Shown piece after piece: positions 35,640 through 47,165 of a stretch of DNA of 64,000 nt (its first letter is position 1; every line of letters starts with the position of its first letter). The stretch is taken from NCBI GenBank assembly GCA_030390025.1, contig CM059433.1:29328001-29392000 (forward strand). Direction: 5' to 3'. The stretch is from Squalus acanthias. Taxonomy: Eukaryota. A program made the translations under genes and the position numbers. Under the pieces are notes generated by a model. It did no database searches, was not told where the DNA came from, and saw nothing but the letters and a program-made list of their open reading frames with translations.

Positions 35640-36265
35640 GCAGTATACTGTATTCGCTGCTCACGAAACAGCGATTTACTTGTACTTCTTGCAATTTAGT
35701 ATACTGTATTCGCTGCTCATGATGCGGTCTCCTCTACACTGGGGAGACCAAACACAGATTGGGTGACCGCTTTGCGGAACACCTCCGTTCAGTCCGTAAG
35801 GGTTACCCTGAACCTCCGGTCGCTTGTCACCTTAATTCTCCACTCCACTCCCACGCTGACCTCTCTGTCCTCGGCATCTTACACTGTTCCAATGAAGCTC
35901 AACGTAAACTCGAGGAACTTTCGATTAGGCACTTTACTGCCTACTGGACTCAACATTGAGTTCAACAATTTCAGACTATAACCTCTGCCCCTATTTTTTC
36001 AGGCTGCAGCTGTTGATGATTCTGCCATCCCCATTTGCAACATTTAATCACTCCTGCCTTCCACCCTATCGCAGACCGTCCCTTTTGTTCTTTCCTCCCC
36101 TCCCCCCTTTCCCTGTCTCTGCACCTGCTTAAAACCTGTTACATCTCTTAACTTTTTCCAGTTCTGACGAAGGGTCACAGACCTGAAACGTTAACTCTGT
36201 TTTTCTCTCTCCATGGATGCTATCTGACCTGCTGAGTGTTTCCAGCATTTTCTGTTGTTATTTCC
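35640..36265 (+). mobile_element. Penelope-like element 3' end (family B): GIY-YIG remnant plus terminus
   Basis: NLVYCIRCS*CGLLYTGETKHRLGDRFAEHLRSV...GLNIEFNNFR, then a terminus repeated at 41567-41700, 47166-47310 and ~22968-23045. Confidence 0.85.
36160..36196 (+). ncRNA. Minimal type I hammerhead ribozyme motif
   Basis: AGTT-CTGACGA-A-GGGTC(ACA)GACCT-GAAA-CGTT-AACT: conserved core, stem I AGTT/AACT, stem II, palindromic stem III ACGT. Confidence 0.7.
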
Positions 36266-37252
36266 GTTTATAAACTGTTTGTTTCCTAAATTTACTGCAA
36301 AAATGCACGATTTTTGCCCAAAAGTAATTTCTTCCTATTTATAAAGTGCTGGTATATAAATAATGTAAGCAAGAGAGAGAGAGAAAAAAGACTTGTTAAG
36401 AGCTTGTTAACTGTTTTGTAATGCCAGGGATGTGCTTTTTGCATAGAAACAGTTGGTGTTTTCCTCAATTTAGAAAAGTTCAGAGGAGAATTTTTTTTAC
36501 GTAGCAAGTTGTTATGATCTGGAATGCACTACCATAAAGGTTGGAGGAAGCAGATTCAATAGTAACTTTCAAAAGGGAATTGTATATCTACTTGAAAAGG
36601 AAAAATTTCCAGGGCTATGGGAGAAAGAGCAGGGGAGTGGGACTAATTGGATAGCTCTTTCAAAGAGCCGGCACAGGCACAATGGGCCAAATGGCCTCCG
36701 TCTGTGCTGTATTATTCTATGACAGTATTGACACCTAGTCAGTCCGATGTAAATTTTCGAAAAGGAACTCCCCAAGGGATATATTTTCCTCTGTGTATAA
36801 AGTCAAGGAAGTATTCATTTACTAATCTGTAATCTCCTCCAGCCCCCCACCCCACCCCGCCCCGAGATAGCTGTGCTCCTCTCTTGCGCATCCCTGATTT
36901 TCATCGCTCCACCATTGGTAGCCGAACTTTCAGCTGCCTAGGCCCTAAGCTCTGGAATTCCCTCCCTAAATATTTCCGCCTCTCTACCTCTCTTTCCTCC
37001 TTTAAGACGCTCCTTAAGGGAATCAAGTGTTATGGGGATAATGCAGGAAAGTGGAGATGAGGTAGACCAAGTGTCTGTGAGAGAAAACTTGGGTACGAGT
37101 GATCATCGTATCATAAGATTTAGATTAGCAATGGAGAGGAGCAAGGAACAATCTAGAGTGGAACTTCTAAACTGGAATAGGGCTAATTTCAATGAGATGC
37201 GAAAGGATCTAGCCAGGGTAAAATGGAACCAAAGACTGACAGGAATAACTGT

Positions 37253-37454
37253 GAGGTCGCACAACACCAGGTTATAGTCCAAAAGTTTTATTTGAAATCA
37301 CAAGCTTTCGGAGCTATCGATTGCCCCTTCCTCAGGTGAAGGCAATCGATAGCTCCGAAAGCTTGTGATTTCAAATAAAACTGTTGGACTATAACCTGGT
37401 GTTGTGCGACCTCTCAATTTTGTCCACCCCAGTCCAACACCGGCATCTCCGCAT
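37253..37454. mobile_element. Fold-back Penelope-like terminus insertion (family A)
   Basis: 73-bp inverted arms (37253-37325, 37341-37413; one mismatch). 13-bp TSD CAGGAATAACTGT at 37240-37252 and 37455-37467. Matches the terminus at 42948-43075. Confidence 0.9.
37298..37339 (-). ncRNA. Minimal hammerhead ribozyme motif
   Basis: Reverse complement: TCAC-CTGAGGA-A-GGGGC(AATCGATA)GCTCC-GAAA-GCTT-GTGA. Confidence 0.65.
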
Positions 37455-39413
37455 CAGGAATAACTGTAACAGAACAATGGGTGATCTTTAAGGAGGAGAT
37501 GTTCCAAGTACAGGCTAGGTACATTCCAACAAGAGGGAAGGGTAAGAGAAACAAAACAAGGGCTCCTTGGATGAAGAGGGAGATAGAGAAGATGATGAAA
37601 CAAAAAAAGAGGGTGTATGATGCATGTCAGGTGAATTCTTCAAGGGAGAACCAGACCAAATACAATAAGTTGAGAGGGGATGTGAAGATGAAAATATGAT
37701 TGGCAAAGAGAGAATATGAGAGTAGAATGGTGGTTAACATAAAATGGAACCCAAAAATCTTCTACCGGCATGTAAACAGTAAGCAGGTAGTAAGAGGCAG
37801 GGTGGGGCCTATTAGAGACAAAGAAGGTGCTATATGCTTAGAGGCGCAGGGCAAGGCTGGAATATTCAATGACTACTTTGTATCGGTGTTTACTAAGGAG
37901 GTGGATGCTGACAAAATATTGGTAGAAGTGGAAAAGGTAGAAGCAATGGAAAGGGTGAAAATTGATAGACAGGATGTACTAGAAAGGCTGGGTATGCTTA
38001 CAGTGGACAAGTTGCCTGGTCCAGATGGTTTGCATCCCAGGTTGCTAGGGGAATTGGGGGAGGAGATAGCGGAAGGGCTTGCCATAATTTTCCAATCTTC
38101 CCTAGATGCGGGGGAGGTGCCTGAGGATTGGAAAGTGGCAAATGTGACACCATTGTTCAAGAAAGGGTGTAAGGGCAATCTGAGTAACTACAGGCCAGTC
38201 AGTTTAACATCAGTGGTGGGTAAAGTTTTAGAAACAATAATCAAGGAAAAAATTAACGGCCACTTGGAGAGGTTTAAGCTAATTAAGGAGAGCCAACACG
38301 GATTTGTAAAAGGCAGATTGTGTTTGACTAATCTAATTGAATTTTTTGATGAAGTAACAAAGAGGGTTGATGAAGGGAGTGCATTGGATGTTGTCTACAT
38401 GGATTTTTGGAAGGCATTTGACAAAGTACCACATAGAAGGCTGGTTAACAAAATTGAGGCTCATGGAATAGGTGGGTCAATGGCAGCTTGGATAAGGAAT
38501 TGGCTTAAGGACAGAAAACAGCGAGTTGTGGTAAATGGCTGATTTTCAGACTGGAGGATGGTAGATAGTGGTGTTCCCCAAGGGTCAGTGCTGGGGCCAC
38601 TGCTTTTTTTGATTTTTATAAATGACCTGGATATTGGAATACAGAGTAGAATTTCTAAATTTGCCGATGACACCAAACTTAGGGGTGTGGCAAACAGTGA
38701 TGATGATACCAATCGACTGCAACAGGACATAGAAAGGCTAACAGAATGGGCAGACAAGTGGCAGATGGAATTAATACAGAGAAGTGTGAGGTGATGCATT
38801 TTGGCAGAAGCAACAGGGAGAGGCAATATACACTTAATGGCACAGTTTCAAAGAGTGTGCAGGGAAAGAGGGACCTGGGAGTTAATGTGCATAGGTCCCT
38901 GAAGGTGGCAGGACATATTGAGAGTGTGGTTAATAAAGCATATGGGATCTTGGGCTTCATAAATAGAGGTATTGAGTACAAAAGTAGAGAAGTTATGCTG
39001 AACCTTTATAAAGCGCTGGTTAGGCCACAACTGGAGTATGCATCCAGTTCTAGTCACCACACTTTAGGAAGGATGTGAAGGCCCTTGAGAGGGTGCAGAG
39101 GAGATTTACCAGAATGGTTCCAGGGATGGGGGATCTTAGCTACAAGGACAGGTTGGAGAAGCTGGATTTGTTTTCATTAGAGCAAAGGAGGTTGAGGGGT
39201 GATTTGATAGAGGTGTACAAGATTATGATGGGTTTGGATAGGCTAGACGGGGAAAGGCTGTTCCCACTAATTGATGGTACAAGGACTAGGGGACACAGAT
39301 ATAAGGTTTTGGGCAAGAGATACAGGGGGGCCGTGAGGAAAAAGTTTTTTACACAGCGAGTGGTGATGACCTGGAATTCGCTGCCAACGGAAGTGGTGGA
39401 AGCGGAGACACTC

Positions 39414-40306
39414 GGGGATAAATTTGGTTGCTTTGCGCCTCCTGTTAGTGCCCTAAGAGGGCGCTAATGGGGCGCAAAGCAACTAGCACCCAGGCGCAGG
39501 CGATGTTTGCGCCGCTCGCGAAATTGACCAGACATTTTGCGGCGGCGCTAAACACTACCGCCACGATCTCCTGCGCCCACAGATCGTGATGTCAGTCGAG
39601 CGTGCAATGCCCCGGTAACGCCCCGGACCGGATATTGAGTGGCGCCCCCTGCCTTTCCGACTGCCGCTAGCAACGACAGGTAGAGGGGAACGTTTTGCAG
39701 TCGGGAAGGGACTGGGGGAGCACTATTTAAAGGCGGCCGCTTCCTACCTTTTTTGTTGCCGACATTTTTGCACCACGCATTCTGAGAGAGAGAGAGAGAG
39801 AGACTTCTGGAGAGATTCATCGCTGTGTGAAGGAGTTTTGGGTACTGAGCAGCACTTTGCAGGTTCATTTTGATTTGACCTTCTTTGCATCGATTTAGAA
39901 GAGATTGTGGGGGCTGCACTCTGAGCTCTTTCCCTGGGCCTCTCCATTGTTCTTTCCAGCAGAATTGATGTACAGGTCTCTCCAGGCCGAGATTCAAGGC
40001 TGCAATGAGCAGGGTGTGGATGGAGAGCAAGATCGCCCTCCCCTTTAAGAACTGGCCGGCGCCAGTGTGTCTGTGTTCCATTGCTAACTGACATCATATG
40101 AGCTTCGCCAGTGCTCTGAGGTAATGCCTCACTCCTCGGCGTTAGCACCTTAAGAGAGGTGTGTAGCGCCTGATTTAGCGCTCCAATCACCTCCAAGGGC
40201 GACAGAAGCCTAGTTTGCAGTCGGAGGCGATAATTAGCACCAGGCGCTAAACTTTGCACCCGGCCGATAATTGCGCCTCAAACGGGGCGATACCAAATTC
40301 CTCCCC
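39414..40306. mobile_element. Harbinger-like MITE (893 bp)
   Basis: TIR GGGGATAAATTTGG versus reverse complement GGGGAGGAATTTGG; CTC TSD. Removing it rejoins the CR1 C-terminal sequence (VVEAET-L-NVF). Confidence 0.88.
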
Positions 40307-41566
40307 CTCAATGTTTTCAAGGGGAGACTGGATAGGCACTTTTGGGAAATAAACTTGCAGGGCTATGGGGATAGAACGGGGGAATGGGACTGACTTGATT
40401 GCTCTACAGAGAGCCGGCACGTACTCAATGGGCCGAATGGCCTCCTTCTGTGCTGTTATGACTCTATAACTCTATGATTAAGATCAGCCATGATCTTATT
40501 GAATGGCGGAGCAAGCTCGAAGGGCCAAATGGCCTACTCCTGCTCCTACTTCTTATGTTCTTATGTTCCTAATGCCTGCATGACAGGAAGGGAGAGCAGG
40601 GGCAGGGAGATGGGGGTGGGGCAGGGGGAAGTTTGTGTAAATCTCAATCCTTGGACCTGGCAACACTCTCCTCTTCCATCATATCTTTCATGGTCTCTGA
40701 TGTCACCCAAGGGCTCAGTGAAGGTAGTCAAAGATAAAGCACTCTCTAATGGATTGCGAGGAGCCCTGCAACCCATAATAGAACAATTCAATTGGAGAAG
40801 ATTATATCATGATTTATAACTTTTCAAAGACGGAGAGAAAAGTGCCAGTGGGTCTGGAATGTAAAAGAACTGAGAGGGACAAATGGAGTCCTTGAAATTT
40901 TTATTTTTTTTCTCTCTCTAAATGAAATAATTTCAGAGTAAGTGTCAGTGTTTCAACAGATGAAAAAGGCTATACAGATCTTTTTGATTTATTGTTGTGT
41001 CTTTCCTATTCCTTTCTGCTTGTTGTGACTTTTTATTTTTACCCCTTGAAGTTCTCATTCTTTTCAATAGATGTTTAGTCATCATTTAAAAAAAATATGA
41101 TGGTGCCACTTTCTTTAGCTTCTGCCCGTAACAGGCGCAAAGCAGGCAGGGTATCTTCTGCGCCCGCCCGAAGCTGATGATATGAGGCAGGCGCTATTTG
41201 AGGCCTGGCTCTCATTACCATAGCAATGGTGAGCTGTTGGCCTTCCTCGCGCCTGTAATTGGCAGCTCGCCCACTGGGAGTGAGGGAAATCCGACAAGGC
41301 TCTCTCGCAATTTAATGGCAGCCTGCATCTCTTAAAGGCAAGGTGCCTTTTGGTTAATGCTGCTTTCTGTAGCTGTGGATGACTGATGCTATAGCACCCC
41401 CCTCCACCCTCCCCCACCATTTCTCTGATGATGCATTGAAGGTCCTAGTGGAGGAAGTCACCAGGATGACGAACGTCCTCTTCCTTGGGAGGCGGATGCA
41501 GAATCCCCCTCCAAATAGCCTGGCAACAGTGCACAGAGGTCGCTGAGCACAAGAATACCAGAAGCA

Positions 41567-42120
41567 AAATAACAACAGAAAACGCTGGAAAAACTCAGCA
41601 GGCCAGGCAGCATCCGTGGAGAGAGAAACAGAGTTAACGTTTCAGATCGAAGACCTTTCGTCAGAACTGGAAAAAAGCAGGAAATGAAATAGATTTAAAG
41701 CAAGGATAAAGCTGGGAAAAGGGGGAGGGGATGAAAGAACAAAAGGAGAGATTAAGAGACATTGAGAGACATTAAGAGATAATCACGGCAAGAGGAGGTG
41801 TTGATGTAACAGGTTGAGGCTAAATGAAGTGTGAAATGCACTGGCAGAATGAAGGACAGCTGCCAGCTTCTGAGAGGAAAAAAAAAGGGGGGGGCCAAAC
41901 AAAAGGGTGGATGAAAAAAATAAAATATAAATGTGATAGGGGCCGAGGTTATGATCTAAAATTGTTGAACTCGATATTGAGTCCAGAGGGCTGTAGGGTG
42001 CCTAAACGAAAGATGAGGTGCTGTTCCTCGAGCTTACACTGAGCTTCCGTGGAACAGTGTAATAGGCCGAGGACGTTGAGGTCAGAGTGGGAGTGGAGCG
42101 GAGAATTAAACTGACAGGCC
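41567..42120 (-). mobile_element. Penelope-like 3' fragment (family B) with a 10-bp TSD
   Basis: VACQFNSPLHSHSDL...LEEQHLIFRLGTLQPSGLNIEFNNFRS. TSD ACCAGAAGCA at 41557-41566 and 42121-42130. Confidence 0.85.
41632..41668 (-). ncRNA. Minimal hammerhead ribozyme motif
   Basis: Reverse complement: AGTT-CTGACGA-A-AGGTC(TTC)GATCT-GAAA-CGTT-AACT. Confidence 0.65.
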
Positions 42121-43039
42121 ACCAGAAGCATCACACCTCAGACCTGGCAGCAATGTAGGAAGAAATTCACTGACTTGACCAGAGCTGCTAAGGTAAGACT
42201 CCCAATCACAGCTTTCTTACTCTCTGCACAGCCCTGCACCCCACTACTAATGAGCCTTCCTTCCCCCATTCCTATCTCTCTCCTCCAATCACAGCAGCAC
42301 ACTTCAATTTTCCTTCTCTGCTTCCACTTTCACACTCGTAGAAACATAGGAATAGGAGTAGCCCCTCAAGTATGTTCTGCCAATCAATTAGATCATGGCT
42401 GATCTGTACCTTCATTCTATTTACCTGCCTTTGTTCCACATCCTTAACCTAACAAAAATCTGTCGATCTAAGTTTTGAAAATTTTAATTGACCCAGCATC
42501 CACAGGGTTTTTTTGGGGGGGAGAATTCTACTCTTACCATTACTCTCTGTGTGAAGAAGTGCTCCTGATTTCACTCCTAAATATCCTGGCTCTTAATTTC
42601 AAATTGTGCCCCCTTGTTCTGGATTCTCTGTGACTACCCTTATCGAATCACTTTATCATTTTAAACACCCCAATTAAATCACCCCTCGACTGTCTAAACT
42701 CATCAGATTATAAGACAAGTTTATGCAACCTGTCCTCATAAATTTACCCTTTAAGCCCTGTTATCATTCTGGTGAATCTGTAGCGTACCCCCTCTAGCCA
42801 TGGCTCAGTTGGTAGCACCCTCACCTCTGAGACAGAAAGTTGTGGGTTCAAGTCCTATTCCAGAGATTTGAGTACAAAAATCTAGGTTGATACTCCAGTG
42901 CAGTACTGAGGGAGCGCTGCACTGATGGAGCTGCCATCTTTCAGATGTCATGATGTGGAGATGCCGGCGTTGGACTGGGGTGGACAAAAATGAGAAGTCG
43001 CACAACACCAGGTTATAGTCCAACAGATTTATTTAAAAT

Positions 43040-43075
43040 TACAAGCTTTCGGAGCTGTCGCTCCTTCTTCAGGTA
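43040..43075 (-). ncRNA. Minimal hammerhead ribozyme motif
   Basis: Reverse complement: TAC-CTGAAGA-A-GGAGC(GACA)GCTCC-GAAA-GCTT-GTA. Confidence 0.65.
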
Positions 43076-43312
43076 GGGTAGCTGTGAGAGAATCTCCCAG
43101 AATTCACAATATAAACACAGAAAAAATGTATTCAAATCTTTCCCTACATCAAAGACACACTAAGAGCACAGCCAAGACAATGAGATGTGTCCCAGGGGGT
43201 CCAACGTGTCAAAACACCTGCTGGCTGCATATCCTCTCCATTTGGGTTCGGTTCTTGTGTTAGTTTTTTTTTAAATTAAAAAAAACCTGGAAAGACCGGC
43301 CATGATGTCAAG

Positions 43313-44827
43313 TCACGTTCTGTATCGTGACATGAACCCGATATCGCGATTGAGGCCATCCTCATGAGTGTGGAACTTGGCTATCAGTTTCTGCTCTATG
43401 ATTTTGCGCTGTCGTGTATCCCGAAGGCCGCCTTGGAGAACGCTTACCCGCAGATCCGAGGCTGAATGCCCTTGACTGCTGAAGTGTTCCCCGACTGGGA
43501 GGCAACCCTCCTGCCTGGCGATTGTTGCGCGGTGTCCGTTCATACGTTGTCTCAGTGTCTGCATGGTCTCGCCGATGTACCATGCTCTGGGGCATCCTTT
43601 ACTGCAACATATCAGGTAGACAACGTTGGCCGAGTCACATGAGTATGTACCATGTACCTGGTGGGTAGTGTCCTCACGTGTGATGATGGTATCTGTGTCC
43701 ATGATCTGGCATGTCTTGCAGAGGTTGCCGTGGCAGGGTTGTGTGGTGTCGTGGTTGCTGTTCTCCTGAAAGATGGGTAATCTGCTGCGAACGATGGTAC
43801 TTTTGAGGTTAGGCGGCTGCTTGAAGGCGAGTAGTGGAGGCGTGGGGATGGCCTTAGCAAGGTGTTCGTCGTCATCGATGACATGTTGAAGGCTGCGAAG
43901 AACATGGCGTAGTTTTTCCGCTCCGGGGAAGTACTGGACGACGTAGGGTACTCTGTTGGTTGTGTCCCGTGTTCGTCTTCTGAGGAGGTCTATGCGGTTT
44001 TTCGCTGTGGCCCGTCGGAACTGTCGATCGACGAGTCGAGCGTCATATCCCGTTCTTACGAGGGTGTCTTTCAGTGTCCGTAGGTGTCCATCGCGTTCCT
44101 CCTCGTCTGAGCAGATCCTGTGTATTCGCAGGGCTTGTCCATAGGGGATGGCTTCTTTAACGTGGTTAGGGTGGAAGCTGGAGAAGTGGAGCATCGTGAG
44201 GTTGTCCGTGGGCTTGCGGTAGAGTGAAGTGCTGAGGCGTCCGTCTTTGATGGAGATTCGTGTGTCCAAGAATGAAACCGATTCTGAGGAGTAGTCCATG
44301 GTGAGTTTGATGGTGGGATGGAACCTATTGATGCTATCGTGTAGTCCTTTCAGTGATCCTTCGCCGTGGGTCCAAAGGAAGAAGATGTCGTCGATATATC
44401 TGGTGTACAGCGTTGGTTGGCGGTCCTGTGCAGCGAAGAAGTCTTGCTCGAACTTGTGCATGAAGATGTTGGCGTATTGGGGTGCGAATTTGGTCCCCAT
44501 GGCTGTTCCGTGTGTTTGGGTAAAAAAATGGTTGTCGAAGGTGAAGACATTGTGGTCAAGGATGAAGCGGATGAGTTGTAGGATGGCGTCCGGAGATTGG
44601 CTGTTGTTGGTGTTGAGTACTGAGGCTGTCGCAGCGATGCCGTCATTGTGGGGGATATTGGTGTAGAGTGCCGATACGTCCATCGTGACGAGGAGTGTTC
44701 CTGGTTCAACTGGTCCATGGGTGCTGAGTTTCTGCAAGAAGTCTGTAGTGTCGCGACAGAAGCTGGGGGTTCCCTGTACGATGGGTTTCAGGATGCCCTC
44801 GACGTACCCAGAGAGGTTCTCACACAG
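43313..44827 (-). CDS. Penelope-like reverse transcriptase + GIY-YIG endonuclease (5'-truncated, frame open)
   Basis: LVTMDVSALYTNIP, QTHGTAMGTKFAP, RYIDDIF, Cys-rich linker CHGNLCKTC, NVVYLICC...WYIGET...RQRMNGH, GLN. The frame stays open to the truncation point. Confidence 0.9.
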   Translation of the reverse strand: MCENLSGYVEGILKPIVQGTPSFCRDTTDFLQKLSTHGPVEPGTLLVTMDVSALYTNIPHNDGIAATASVLNTNNSQSPDAILQLIRFILDHNVFTFDNHFFTQTHGTAMGTKFAPQYANIFMHKFEQDFFAAQDRQPTLYTRYIDDIFFLWTHGEGSLKGLHDSINRFHPTIKLTMDYSSESVSFLDTRISIKDGRLSTSLYRKPTDNLTMLHFSSFHPNHVKEAIPYGQALRIHRICSDEEERDGHLRTLKDTLVRTGYDARLVDRQFRRATAKNRIDLLRRRTRDTTNRVPYVVQYFPGAEKLRHVLRSLQHVIDDDEHLAKAIPTPPLLAFKQPPNLKSTIVRSRLPIFQENSNHDTTQPCHGNLCKTCQIMDTDTIITREDTTHQVHGTYSCDSANVVYLICCSKGCPRAWYIGETMQTLRQRMNGHRATIARQEGCLPVGEHFSSQGHSASDLRVSVLQGGLRDTRQRKIIEQKLIAKFHTHEDGLNRDIGFMSRYRT

Positions 44828-47165
44828 GGTTTCAGATGAGATGTTAAACCGAGGCCCCGCCTGCTCTCTCAGGTGGACGTAAAAGATCCCATGGCACTAT
44901 TTTGAAGAAGAGCAGGGAAGTTATCCCTGGTGCCCTGGCCAATATTTATCCCTCAATCAACATCACTAAAACAAATTATCTGGTCGTTATCACATTGCTG
45001 TTTATGGGAGCTTGCTGTGCGCATATTGGCTGCTGCATTTTCTACATTACAACAGTGACTGCACTTCAAAAGCACTTCATTGGCTATAAAGCACTTTGGG
45101 ATGTCCGGTGGTCATGAAAGGCGCGATACAAATGTACGTCTTTTTCTTTCAACAAGGTCAAGATATCCTTCCTGAGGTGCAGTGCCCAGAACTGAACACA
45201 GTACTTTTGGTGGGATCTGACCAAGTGCTCTGTACAACTGAAGCATCACTCCCCGCCCCCGCCCCCCTATGTATTCCACCTCCCTCGAGATAAAGGCCAA
45301 CATTCCATCAGCCTTTTTGATTACTTTTTGTACCTGTGCACTAGCTTTTAGTGATTTGTGAACATTGGCACCTAAATCCCTTTGCTCCTCCACAGTTCCT
45401 AGTCTCGCACCATTAGGAAAATATTCCAATTTGTCTTTCTTGGATCCAAACGTGGATGACCTCACACTTCCTCACATTGAACTCATTTGCTGCAGTTTTG
45501 CCTACTCATTTAATCTGTCTCTGTCTCTTTAACTTCTTGAACCCATCTACTATGCCTCTGAACTTAGTGTCATCTGCGAACTTAGATATACAACTCTCTA
45601 TTTTTTCATCCAAGTCATTGATATACATCATGAAAAGCTGAGGTCCCAGTACAGATCCCTGGGGAACACCACTTTTGTCACATCTGGCCAATCACAGAAC
45701 GTTCCCTTAATCCCTACTTTCTGTCTCCTACCTCCCAACCATTTTCCAACCCATGTCAGAAGGTTACCTCCAATTCCACGCACTTTAATTTTTGCCAATA
45801 ATCTCTTGCATGGAAACTTATCAAATGCTCTCTGGAAGTCCATGTAGACAACATCCATAGACATTCCCCTGTGTACCATGTTAGTGACTTCTTCAAAAAT
45901 TTTGACTAGATTAGTCAGACATGACCTACCTTTCACAAATCCAAGCTGACTTTCTTTGGTCAACTCATACTTGTCCAAATGCTCAGTCATTCTGTTCCAA
46001 TACTTTCCTTCCCTTGACTTATTTTTAGGTTCCCTTGTACCGCTGGTATTTTTTTTCCTCTTCCTCTACTGTGAACACAGATGCAAGGCGATCCTCAGCT
46101 GCTCTCAGGTAAATCACTGGTTTGTTCATTTTACCAGAAGCTCCTGGTCAAAATCCCACTGTAGACCCAGCCAGCTAACTTTTTGCAAAGTTTAATCTCA
46201 GCTACAACAGCCAATACAGTAAAAGCCGCACACGAGCAGCCAAAATGAACGAGGCTGTGAGTTACCGGAGAGCAGGAAACGTCGTCCTCCCTACTAATGC
46301 CACTTACGATTTGTTGGTCTGTTGTAGAACTGGCTAATAGTATGTGCAGCAGTTGGAAACGGCATTAAGGTCCTGAAAGGCGCAGGACTAAATTTAGATA
46401 TATTCATTATGCACCCGCGCTGGACGCCTAACAAGAGGCCTGACACAAAATGGTGTCTATCTGGGGATGGACGGGCGAGACCACCACCCACTTTTCCGAG
46501 CCCTAACTCCCAGATTTTCAGCCTGAAACAGGCTGAAACAGGTGGGTGGCCGTCGAAGAAAGAGTTTCCCCACCTGCTTATTTTTTGGGGGAATTCTAGT
46601 CAGGCGTAAAGGTGGGCAAATTGATCGACATCAAAAAACACTAAAAAAAAATGGCAGTAGAGAGCGCCGCAAAGAGTGACCAAGCCGCTATGTTATTGTA
46701 AAACATTTTATCTGCAGTGTTTCTCCAACAGAAGCTACATCCTACTGGAGTGAAACCCTGTCATTACCGCTTCATGTCTGTTGTCGCCTTTGTTGGATGA
46801 CAAGTGGCAAGATGAAAATAACAGAACTTGACAGTCCATGGTTTCAGACTTGACTTTATCTGGCCCTCTAGTCTGCAATGAGCCTTCTGTTCCCATAGCC
46901 GAGCACAACGCAATTACCTATTATTCGCCCATTTTATTTCCAGCTATGGTGCATATTTCATTGCATGAATTTTTACTGCAGACATTCCGTGATAAAACAA
47001 GGATCATTTTACGTGGCTCTGCAATGTACTCCAGTTGTTTGTGTGTTAATTGAGCCTCTTGTTCCAATCCCTCCATGGCCTCGCCCCTCCCTATCTCTGT
47101 AACCTACTCCAGCGCTACAATCCTGCGCTCCTCCAACTCTGGGCTCTTGCACATCTCCCACTTCC

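Larger units (their letters stand above)
37060..40475 (+). mobile_element. Long CR1 LINE ORF2, disrupted and with two insertions
   Basis: [52 protein letters not shown]. Split at 37253-37454 and 39414-40306. Confidence 0.92.
41115..42340 (+). mobile_element. Harbinger fragment with Myb exon 1, split by a Penelope-like insertion
   Basis: FSDDALKVLVEEV...EVAEHKNTRS|ITPQTWQQCRKKFTDLTRAAK|GTAAG. Confidence 0.7.
42948..44829 (-). mobile_element. Young 5'-truncated Penelope-like retroelement (family A)
   Basis: 9-bp TSD TTTCAGATG at 42939-42947 and 44830-44838; RT-GIY-YIG ORF; 3' terminus with a hammerhead motif. Confidence 0.92.
42795..45150 (+). mobile_element. Full-length Deu-domain SINE split by a PLE (42795-42947 and 44839-45150)
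   Basis: A box TGGCTCAGTTGG, B box GGTTCAAGTCC. The body resumes AGATGTTAAACCGAGGCCCC after the insertion. Confidence 0.85.
42340..45995 (-). mobile_element. CR1 LINE (42340-42794 and ~45153-45995) hosting a nested SINE and PLE
   Basis: [37 protein letters not shown]. The flanks rejoin approximately as ACCCCCTC|CAAGG. Confidence 0.8.

Noticed and set aside
42795..42870. tRNA gene
   Set aside because: The A/B boxes belong to the SINE head; there is no complete cloverleaf and the sequence runs into the SINE body.
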